Source: an uncultured virus (IMG/VR IMGVR_UViG_3300030060_005326) (Duplodnaviria; Heunggongvirae; Uroviricota; Caudoviricetes). Taken from it: a stretch of 64,000 nt of DNA. Where the stretch lies: IMG/VR virus record IMGVR_UViG_3300030060_005326. One strand, 5' to 3'. The position numbers and the translations under genes were made by a program. A model generated the notes under the pieces. It saw nothing but the letters and a program-made list of their open reading frames with translations, was not told the origin of the DNA and did no database searches. Every line of letters begins with the position of its first letter. Within the stretch, counting starts at the first letter, position 1. This document shows, in pieces, positions 17,836 through 29,800 of this stretch.

Positions 17836-20800
17836 ATGTCAGACCCAAGCGAAACAATCACAACACCTCAGTTCAAAGGAACTCCATATTCTGTATGGTC
17901 TTCTCAAAATGTATTTGAAGACCCAATTGAAAGTTACTCAAAGTATTATGATAATCTTAGATTAGAATATATTGCTGCGGGTAAGTATGACGAGAACACA
18001 GAAAAAAGTTTCCAGTTTAACTTTCGTAACATCCTTACCGAAAAAGAACTCGTTAACGAAGAGAATCAAGAGGATGTAATTGCTAAACTTGAATCTCCGT
18101 TCAAACGAAATCCTGTTGAGGAAGCGTTGTTCATTAGAGATGCGGTAACCAAAGAAGATGGGTCCATCAATGAGTCAGTTGAGGATCTGATGGAGTTCGA
18201 TGAAGGGGAGCTACAGCAAGTTGTAAACTATGCAGATGCTCTACAAACTGGAGGGGATATACCTGAAGGTATCGACGTTGAGAAAGTTGATGAAATTGTA
18301 AGGGAGAAAAAAGAAAACTATCTCAAAGGTCTGCACCGACAAAACGAGTTATCCGCTGGTATTTATTATACCAAAGAAGGACAAAGAAGATTTATAGGGG
18401 GAACCTTACGTGAAGGTCAAACTGAAGCAGACGCTCTCAAAGAGGGTGAAAAGTTTGGTGTTAAACCAACAGATGTATTTAGCTTCCGAGCATACAGAAA
18501 ACCTTTAGATGCAACTAGCAAGCTCAAAGCTTTTGAAGTTGAGCAACGGCAACAAGTCGAACAAGAGGTATCAGTCTTCCTAGATAAGCAAGACACATTG
18601 TTTAGTAGAGAGATCGAAACGTATTTCCACGCACTAGCTAGAGTTTACGGCAGTAAAAAAACTTGGGGAGTTGGAGACAAAACTTGGGATAATGTGGGGG
18701 AAGCTGCGAATTGGTTCGGGAGATCTGTCAATTATTATTGGCAAAATGCTTTTGGTAACGAAGACGCGAAGCGGGAGGTCGGCAAAGACTTGTATTACGC
18801 CGATATCCAAGAGGACTTTGAAAGTGATATTGAAATAGCTAGAGAAGAACTCTTAGCAAAACTTTCTGAGAAGACAGGTCTATCCGTAGAGAAAAATGGG
18901 GTCTTGGACGATGTTATCAATGACATGGTTATCAAGTTAGCTGCGTATGGAGACGGAGGTAATTTCAAACCAACGCTAAACTACTCCGAGGATATAGAAG
19001 ATATGGTCCAGAATGTCTCCAAGACAAAATATTCTGGGGCCATTGTTCAAGAAGAACTTAACGCGAAGCCTGAGCTTTTCAGACTAGCTTTAGAAAAAGC
19101 AGGAGCTTCAGCTAAAGAGATAGAAATAGCGGACGCTAAAAGGCAGATCCAAAACGAAACCTTATTCAGTTCGTATAGTGATACTCTCATGCAAGATGAC
19201 AAGTATTCCGATAATTGGCAGAACGCTCTGATCAGCGGAAAGCAGGAAGGAATAAGTAATAACGAGGTCTTAGAAAGGTTTGTAAAGCGGTATGACCCAA
19301 GCACTAATTGGAACGGGATGTGGCAAAGCGTAGGTCACGGATTTAGTGATGTAGCATTCGGCGTTGGCAATCTCCTAGGATATGAATGGGGCAAGGAAGG
19401 ACTTTTAGAGAACGCAAAAAACAAAGCTCATCTCCAGCAGATGAGAACAATCTTTGGTCAGGACTACACATTTGGACAAAAAGCTCTTGAGCAAGTTGCC
19501 CCACTTATCATTGATGGTGTGATTGCTGTAGGGGGAGCGTTACTGACACCATTCAGTGCAGGTGGTTCTGCGCTTGCAGCAGGTGGTTATTTTGCGGCTA
19601 AACAATCAGCAACCACAACAGCTAGAGTTTTACTAAAAGGTTTATTTACCAGCACGCTAAAAGCGAAAGCGAAGAAAGATGCGAGTGGAAAAGTTATTAC
19701 AGAAACTTCAGAAGAGATTGCTAAGAGGATTCAAAAAGCTGGAACTCTTAAAGGTCTTACAGAGGGACAACTTGTAAACGCAGCTAAAGCTTACAATAAA
19801 AAGTTGGCGAGCGTCTTAGATATTAAGACCCCACTATTTGTTAGTGCGGCAACGAGATCGGGTTCCATGAACTACGCTCCGATCTACACTACTGTTTACG
19901 ACGAGCTGGAGAGAAAACACAAGGACGCAGAGGGAGAGTGGACTAACGGTTATAGTGAGGAGAGAGCTAAACAAGAAGCACACGAAGCTGGATACACGGG
20001 GATGCTAAGTGCTGGAGCATTTACAGGTATCCTTACAGTTGCTTTCGGAAGTATAGGAGACTTCGCAACTCGTGGCACAAAATTAGGCACAAGACTCAAA
20101 GCACTCGGTGGATTAGAGAATGCTTACCTGAAAGGCATGAGCTTTAAAGGTATTAAAAGAGTGGGGGATAGACTTGCAGGACAAGTAAGTAGCAACGAGA
20201 CATTTGCTAAGATGGTGAAAAACTTAGTTAGTGACACTATCAAAAGTGCAGCAGGTGGGGGAGGACTTAATTTATTACTGAGCGCAGTGGGTGAGGCGGC
20301 AGAAGAAGGTATTGATGAATTTGCTCAGAGTTTAATCCAGTCAGCAATCACAGGTGAAGAAGTTTCATTTAGATCAAGAGTGGAAGGTGCGCTGCAAGGT
20401 GCCGCAATGGGAGCGTTTTTAGGCGGAGCTTCTCCAGCTATAGGGCAAGTGACAAGAAACGTGTTGCCTAGCGTATTCGAAGACAAAGCTGCAATGCTAG
20501 AAACAGAGGTGGCGATGACTCAAAGGTTTGTCAAAGAAGCTACTGCGACTCCTGAATTGGCCGCAGATTTTGAGAAACTCAAAGAGGTTGCCCCACAAGT
20601 AGCTTCAGAATTCGAAAGAATCATAAATGAGAATACTCCGTCAGGTAGTGATGATACGGCTAGAGAAGAAGAAGAAGACGAAGAAGCACCTGCTACCGAC
20701 CCAGTAAAGTTGGAAGAAGAGGCTAGAGCACTTGAAGACAAAATAGCTCAAGGTGCGGCGAGTGAAGAAAGAGGTTCAGAAAATGCTACTCAACAAGAAG

Positions 20801-23800
20801 AAGCAGATGCAGGGAAATCATCTAGGGTGAACCCAAGGGTAGACGCAAGTCCTGCTGTTAATACAGTTGTAGAAGGTGACCTGAACCCATCAGATGCAAA
20901 ACAATCTGTAACAAGTAACATTCCATCCGACAGAGCACCCTTAACGCCAGACCAAGAATTCAAGGCATCTGTTGCTGAAATCAATAGGAGGTTTCAACTC
21001 TGGAAAACTAAAACAAAAGCTCTGAAAGAGATGCCTTCGGAGTTATCTGAGCAGAGGGATCTACTGGAAAAAGAGATTGCTCAAGAAGTTTTAAGAGGAG
21101 ACATACTAGATCCAAATGCCCATGCAGTAGCACTGCGAGATGCTAGAGAGTACAGGAGCGAGCAAATCAAAGAAGCTAATAAGCCGATAGAACTGACCGA
21201 AGAGGATAAAGAGACTCTAAAAGAATTTATTAATAAAGGCTTTCCTGTTCACCTGATCGCAGACCAGCTCCAACAATTAGGTTTAGACCTGTCCCGAACA
21301 GATACTGCCTACTTAAATGCAGCGACAAGGTATCTTAAAAAACAGATTAGAGAAATCTATCCTACCCTTAAAGCACAGAGTGGAGGAGTTAAGTTACCTA
21401 GGTCATTAGACCCAGAGGGAACGGTTCAGTTAGACGAGTTTGGAAATGGTGTTTTTAACAATGATCCGTCAGGCATGGCTACGTTGTTGCTTAATAACAT
21501 CTCTGTCGAATTAACTCAGGAACAAGTAGAAAGTCCTGCTTTCAACCAAGCTTTCAGACACGAGGAAAAAGACGGAAGATACTTTCTGACAGATGTAATG
21601 ATTCCCGTCAGGGGTGGTCTTATTTCAGTGAAGACTGCACCAACTGAGGTTCCTGTTCACGAAACAGATTACAGTCAGATAAAGGAAAAAATACAGAGAG
21701 TAAATGTCCTGAAGGAAACTACTACAGTTCCAGATGGCAACGAAATTCGTGTTGAAAGTCCTATTCCCGCCAGAGATGGTAAGCGTAGACTGGTCGGTTT
21801 CAAGACTCTCCTCAAGGAGGCAACAGATCTTACGTTACTCAAAAAGTTTATTGTAGATACAGCAGAAGGTTCTCTCGATAAAGATTATGTTGATGCCGCA
21901 GCAATCTCTATGAGCCTCGATCTTCAGGAGGCTATATATAACTACATAGATGCTGTCGAAAATGGAACCGATCTCCCTCAATTAGGTTTTGAAAGATCAG
22001 CTAGGCGAAGCGTTAAGTTTTTCCGCGAGATGCAGGGAAACAGGAAAGCGCAAGCTATTCGAAACCTAGCTAGTGTTATTGACCCTGAGTCTAACATACA
22101 TAGGAGACCTGATCTTTTTGATGCGGAGGAACAAGCAGAGGATCTGGTTCTTCATGCGTCTGCTACAAGCATTCCTCCTATTTCAGAAAGCAAACTCAAA
22201 GCATTCCTTGATGTTCAGTTCGCTAACATCGCAGCAGCGTTAGATGCTGATGAGAATTTGAAGAGGGCAGTAAAAGACCTTTTGAACAAAAAGGTGCATA
22301 AAGGGAGGAAAATTACAAAGCGTTATAATTCGATGGATACAGCAGTGGAACTGGTCCACTACTTAGCATCTAAAGCTGGAAGTGATCAAACCGCAGCAGA
22401 ACTAGAGCTTCGTCTTAGAGTTGGAACACTAGAAGCGCCAGCATTCAAACTAGGAAAAGAAGTTAAAGAAGCCCTCACTTTACTGGGTGTTACAAGTCCC
22501 GCCCTTACAAGAAGGATGGAAAATGATCCAGAATTGTATGCTTTAATAGAGATGCAATTGCAGGAGCTAAGTGGTTCTACCCAGTCTCTTACATTTGGAG
22601 ATGTAAAAACATTCTACACTCAACTGAGAAAAGGAGCTGCTCTTTATAAGAAGAGAGCTTTGAAGGATGGCAAGTCCATGGATCAGAATGCCAAAGAGAA
22701 CAGGGAACAACTGGAAGGTCTCGGCCTTGTAGATGGAGATCCTGAATCAGTAATTGCTGCTCTAGAAAACATCCTCAAAAAAGGTCCAAAGCAACTTCGT
22801 ATTCTTGCTAAACTTCTTCTCAATAATAAAGATTATATAAGGTCCATAGATTTCGTCATAGACGAAAGCCATATGAATTTTGCGGGGGGCCAACTGATAA
22901 ATATTTTCGGTGATCACTCGGTCATAATTAATATTGCAAGGAGTCATGCAAGAGGTGTGCAAGACACTCTTGTCCATGAGTATATCCATGCGTTTACTAG
23001 AGACATTTTAACCAAACCAGCGGAAGCTAGGACTGAATCTCAAAACGAAGCTGTCAGAACTCTAGAGTTGCTGATGGATATAGCTAAAACAGAAGCGGTC
23101 AAACAAGACAGAGGAGAGTTTTCTGAAGCAACTTCAGATGTCGTAGAGTTTCTAGCTTACTTTTTAACTGATCCAGAATTTCAAAAATTCGTAACTAGCA
23201 TTGTCCCTGAATCTGAAGGGGACTTCAACTTATTTCAATGGATTATTAAAACTGTATCTAAACTTCTTGGTAAGGAAAACCAACCTACTTTTGAAGATGC
23301 AATGGAGGGAGCTTTGTCCCTCCTTAATAGAACAGGAGTCCCGAATCCTGTATCAAAATCAGGATACACGGGTCAGGTTGCACGAAGCATTAATCAATCT
23401 CAGAAAGAACTATTCGAAATCTCTGAGTCTTTGGGGATGAAAGAACGTGCGGAGATTGACGAAAAGCTACAGCAACGTGCTGCTGAAGTTGTTGAGTTTG
23501 CTGCATCTTACATTCCAAGAGAACTCAACATAACCATCGACACTGAGAGTGATGCTTTAGCAGAGCTTGATTCCGAGACTGGAATGATTGCCCTCAACCC
23601 TAAAAGGATTGCGGCAAAGTTAGCTACGATGGGAGCGAATGATACAGATCCTCAACGGAGGAAACACATCCTAGCTGTCATACTAAACAAGGCAATGGGA
23701 GAGGCAGCGGCAGACGCAATGACTACTGATCAACAGTATGCTGCTGTCACTAGCGCCATGACAGAGACGGAGTTTGTCAGAGAGGTACTTGAAACTTATC

Positions 23801-26800
23801 CAGTTGATGAACAAGAAGCTATCTTCGCTATCCTACGAGGAGAGGGAGGACCTGAAGCTCAAGCTGCGGAGCAATTCAAGCTGACCAAAAAAGCTATGGC
23901 TCGCCACGCAGAAATGGCGACGAGAGGTATGTCATCCGCAGAACAGATTGCATTCCTCCAGCTCAATCCAAATCTGCTTACTACCTTTGCTCAGTATCTC
24001 AAAGCTTATCTTAGCAAGATGTTCTACCACAGGAGCATGAAAGATGTGTCCCCTGAGATGAGGAAGGCAGTTAATAATATGGTGATCGAAATCAGAGCGA
24101 TGGAGTTGGGATACAGACCTGCTCCTAGTGTGATGACTCACAACCCTCGAAACCCATATGCAGTGGTGGAGCAGTTGATGCAACAAGCTGTTAATACAAA
24201 CAGGTTTGTCCCAGAAGAATCTATGCTGGATTTCCCTGATGATCCAGAGAATGGATTCTACAAGGGATACGCTTACGGGACAGAATCCCCTGACCTAGAG
24301 TCTGCCGAGAACAGCAATAGCTCTCGTAACCGTGGGTTAGGTTTAGGTCTTTACTTTACTAAATCCCAAATGACTTCGAGTGGTCGAGTCGAGGGAGTAA
24401 AATATGAAGTGCCCACAGATAGAACTACAAGTGAAGGGAATACTCCTGAGTATGTATACACTGCGGACATACGTCTGCAAAATCCTTTGGTCGTAGATAG
24501 TTTGTTTGGTGGCGCTAAAAGCACGGAGCTAAACACTATGCTCTTGAAAGGGATCGCTGATAGGTATGGGTTGACTCCAAAAGAATACACTGCGTTCAAA
24601 GCAGCGATGGATCAAGACGGTTTCTCTGACCAGAACTTCATTAAACTCCCTAACGAATTAATCTCTAGTATTCGTAACTTAGATAAGAATGCATCTTACT
24701 ATGGAAAGATAACTCAGTTCATAGAGATAGTTAATAAGTTTAGTGAAGCCGATCCGAATAAGCCAGCAACAGGGGCTGATCCGACAGACTCTATGCTGCG
24801 TTTGTTTTCCGAGATAACGGGATACGATGGGGTTTACTCCCGCAGAGAACAGATGCTAGCTGTCTGGGACAAGAGTGCCGTAACACTTAAATCTCGCACA
24901 CGCTCGCAGGGAGGGTCAATGCAGACAGAAAGGATTGCCTCAGAACCTCCTATCGTTTTGCGGAAGGCGGATGACAATGAGCTGTTCGATCTAGGGTTCA
25001 GAGACGATCTCCGTGTAGGAACTGCGAAGTTAGGAACAGATGCCGTGCCTAAAGAAACTCCACAGAATAGTAATATCGGTGGCGTTCTTGCCGAGGGCAA
25101 TGACGATCCTAAAGCTTTGGAGTATCTTCGGACTAAGACTATTCCCAAACAGATAGCTCAGATAACTAAAGCACTTAAAGCTAGTTCTCCAAATGGCCGA
25201 TACATCGTGCCTAAAGAATTTACACGAGCTAGAAATCCAGAAAAGAAACTCCAAATCCTAAAAGATTTCTTAGCCGATAACCTCGTAGCACTTCACAACG
25301 CAGTTGACCCAGCGATCAGAGAAAGATCCAAGCGGTGGTATCAAGGCGCAAACAGAATAGCAAACGGGTTAGCGGATAAATATAATGTTACCACACAGCA
25401 AGTTGCTGGTGTGATGGCAACCCTTAGCCCACAAAAAGATTGGTTCTTAAACTTAGCTCAAGCAGAACAGACTCTGGAAGTTTTCTCTAACTACCAAGAG
25501 TATGTAATGGGTAACGAGGAATTCAGCAAAGTTGTAGAGGAGGCCGTAGCACTAGCTAAGGCTACTGACACAAATAAGAAGGGCAAAACCAAAGCTCAAA
25601 AAGATAAGCTAGACGAAGAAGCTCGTAACCAGCGAGCAGAAATGATAGCTCCTCTTAGCGGTAAGTCCCTTGCTGAGATAATCGAAGAGGGAAACCCTGA
25701 TCTTATGGGGTGGGCTATAAGACTTATTTCCGAAACAGAATTTGGAAAAGGTGTTACCAACGTAACCCCAGAAGGAGAACCTAACGGTCCTTACATGAAG
25801 GACGATGGTTCACCTGTCTTGAATGGGTGGGGTAGTGCAGGAGAATCTTTTAGAGCTGTTTCTATTTTGCTGGATGGTTCAGCTAAGAACATCAGTGAGA
25901 GACTAGGTAAATACCACAAGGTAAGAAACTTTTACAACAACATCGCAACTCCATTCAGCAATGAAGGCGATGTTACAATTGATACTCATGCGGTAGCTGC
26001 TGCTTTCCTGATGCCTTATGCCCAGAAAGCTGTTCCAGTATCCCATAACTTTGGGGGTGCATCTTCGACTGAAAAGTTCGGGATGCAGGGTACATATCAC
26101 ATTTACGCTGATGCTTACAGACAAGCAGCGAACACTCTAGGTATTCCACCTTATCAACTTCAATCAATAACTTGGGAGGCAATTCGAGAAATCTATCCTG
26201 CTAACAGCAGAAAGAACTTGAAGTATGTCGCAGAACGTGAGACTATATTTAAAGAAAATGACCCAGAAGCAGCAAGAAATGAAATCCTTGGACGAGCAAT
26301 TCCAAAACCGTTATGGTTTGGAACCCCAGACAGTGGACTTCTTGATAGAGCGGAGACCCTCATTGGAAGCGAAGTTCAAAAAGAAGCTATCGCTCGAAGA
26401 GGTTTACTCTTTAGTGGGAGGAGATCTCCTGACGGAGGAGGAGTAACAGAGCTAGGTGTCCCACCTATCCCAATCGAAGCTCCTGTAGTTAACAGGAAAA
26501 CATCTGATGATGAAGACATTCAATCTCAGTTTGGGCAAGACTCTAGACTACCTGAGTCCCTTGATCCTGTCCTCATGGCAGAACAAGAGATCGGCAATTG
26601 GTTAGAGCTATTAGATGTCCCACTGTTTGAGTTGGGTGAGTATGAGTTTGAGAACAAAGGGGCGATCAAAAAGTTCCTATACAAAACTTTTGTCCGAAGA
26701 GCTGATAAGCGAGTCGTAGAATTCCACGACATAAACCAAGGCTTTACGAGAGAGGCACGAGTTATCGTATCTAAATTCCAAGAGGAAGCTGACAGAGTCA

Positions 26801-29800
26801 TAGCTGAAGAAGATAAAAGACTCAGCAAGGTAACTGGCAGAGAGGAAGGTAACATACCTGCTATTCTAGTATCCAGAGCATCTGGTGCTACCGAGGGGAC
26901 ACAGCTTACGGACGAACAACAAGATCTTGTTCAGGACGAATATCAAGAGGATGTAAGAGCTGCCAGAAGGACAAAGAAATTGGAAGACGAAACTGGTGTG
27001 CAATACACTGAGAGGGTATCGGGTTTATACGAACTCGCTAAAGCAAAGAAACAAGAAAGGATCACGGAGCTTCGTGAGCAAAACAGAGCGGAGCAACTAG
27101 CAGACAGGGATAAAGCTCTTAGTGATCTGCTCACACTGTCTCCTAAAATGTATGGAGTAGTTTTAAAACTCCGACAGATTCAAGATCAGTTATCTAAGAA
27201 AGCGGTTGAGGTCTTCGGTCCATCTATGGATTCGACTGATCTCAACCTGTTCTTTGATTTCAACAGGGGCATCTACATGACTCGGAGATACCGAATGTTT
27301 GAGGACGTAACCTTTGCAAAAGATGTAAAAGAATCTGATGAGTACGCTGACGTTAGAGAGCAGGCTATTACTTATTTTGCTAAGAAGTTATCTGAAGAAC
27401 ACATCGACGAGAAGATGGAGGAAACGGGAATGAGCTACAGACAAGCAAGGCAAGCACTTGAAGAAGAAGCTGTAGCAAAAGATTCACGATTTAGGTCTGA
27501 TGCCACAGTAATGGTAGGAGAATTTATTGATGCTTACTCCAAAGCAGACACTAAAAAGAGATTCCAGATTCAACAGAGAGAGGCTGGTCAGCAAGAAGTA
27601 ATCTTGAAAGACGCAGGTTTCCCTCCCAATAGTCCGCTACAAAAGATTGTTAACGATATTAACGATAAGCAGAATATCCCTGAACCTATCCGTCAACTAC
27701 TTGGGGAGTATGGGCAAGAAGAAGGAATAAGTAATCTTGCTTACACTCTAAGTCACACTGCGAGTATGGTTTCAAACCAAGCGTTCTTCAATAAGCTGAA
27801 GAGATTAGGAACCAAAAACAAAGATAAAGATGGGAAAGACGCACCATGGATGGTTACCGCAGCAGTAAGAGATGCAAACCCACAGGATTATCCTAACTGG
27901 GTTCAGATTGAGGCGGAAGGAAATGCAGACGTTAATCCTGTTAATGGGATGTATGTCCCCAAAGAAGTTGAATCAAACCTCAGAGATTTGTTTGGTAATA
28001 AAAAGGATGATCCTCTTGATCCTTTCAACCAAAGAGCACAAGTAGCGGGATACGTTAAAGATGCAGCTCGCTGGGCTACAGGTATGACTCTAGCTTTGAG
28101 AACACTAGGTGGAATTGGTTTCTATATGAGGAACGTGCTTGGCAATGGATTGTTCTTTGGTCCTATGCAAGGATACTATGGTGGTATTCCACTTATGTTT
28201 AAAGAAGGGACTGGAACCTTTTTCCAAGGAGGACAAGCAGCAGTAAATAAAGTATTTGGGACCGAATATAACGCTGAGTTTGGAAAGGATTCATTGATCG
28301 TAAAAGCATTCAAGGGATCAAGAGAGGACATAGACTTTGCTTTAGTCGAGTTGAAATCTAGAAACGTGTTTGGTGATGAGCTTGAAGTGACTGACATCCA
28401 AGACCTATTAACAGGTAACACAAAGTATAGTGACCTGATGAAGAAGCTGAAGCAGACGGGTCTCGCAAGTAATTGGTTACAGAGCATCAAACAAAAGACA
28501 GGGTCCGTTAAAGTTCCTGATCAATACATTCCGCTCTTCAAGGAAATAGGTATTCCTCTTGGGAAAGCTGGGATGCTTCCTATTAAAGGACTCAAAAAGG
28601 CGCACGACCTTATGCTAAAAACAGGTGGTCGTGTTGCTTCGGCAGCAGACGGTTACTTCAAGGTAGGTCTATATAACTTTGAGCTTGAGACATTGATCGA
28701 CGCTGCAAAGCACGACATAGAAAACGGGAACCCTCAAGGAAGGTATGGAAGACTTCTAGATAAGAACGGAGAACCAACCACAGCTATGAAAAACAAAGCT
28801 GCTGACATCGTCAAAGATACAGCTCAAGCTTATAGCCGTGCAGTTCCTGCTATCAAACAGTTAACCAGAAATAGTATATCATTGGCGCTAGCCCCTTATG
28901 TCCGATTCGCTGCTGATATTCCAAGGGTATACGCTAACGGAGTCATAAGAACTGCTCAAGAAATTAAAGATCCTAACCCTGTCATAAGGAGGAGAGGTTT
29001 TAGACGAGCAGCGGGAGCGATTACAACTACGACAATCAGTGTTGGACTGACTAAAGGATCTCAAATGCTTCTGTTCGGACTTGATGACGAAGAAGCTGAC
29101 AAGGCAATCCGATCCATGATCCCTGTCTGGATGCGGGATTCAGGAATCTTGTTTTACAAAACAGATGATGGTCTCTACTCCATAGACTTACAATACCTCA
29201 ACCCCTTTGCCATCGTTCAAGACCCTGTTGTTCGTTCAATTGAAGCAATAGTAAGGGGCAAACGAATAGACAAAGCTATCCTCAATGACCTCATAGGTTT
29301 GGGAGGAGAAGATGGGATAGGTAAGAAAGGTCTAATAAAACCTTACTTCCAAGAGCAAATCCTCGCAGGTGCTGTTTTGGATGCCATCTTTAAAGACCAA
29401 GATCAATACGACAATGAGCTAATTCTGAAGGGTGAGTCTAATGTTCTTCTTAAAAAGGCTAGTTACATCTACGACAGAGCATTCGAGCCTAACACAGTTA
29501 AGGCCCTCGATGATTCATTTGATGCGTTCATGTCGAAAGACAGATCAGATGATTTCTTTAAACGCCCCATAGGTAGACTCCTTAAAGAAGTTCTCCCGAT
29601 CAAACCTTACAAGGTAGATGTAAACAACGGATACAGGAGATTTATCCGTAACCACATGGAGGAATACAATGCTAACAAATCTAGGTTCGCCATGAAGATG
29701 CTCTCGCCAAACGAGATGACCTACGGGGATATCCAAAGAGCATACGATGACTTCGCTCACGTTCAGGTATACCAGAACAACGAGTTCTATCAGATCCTAA

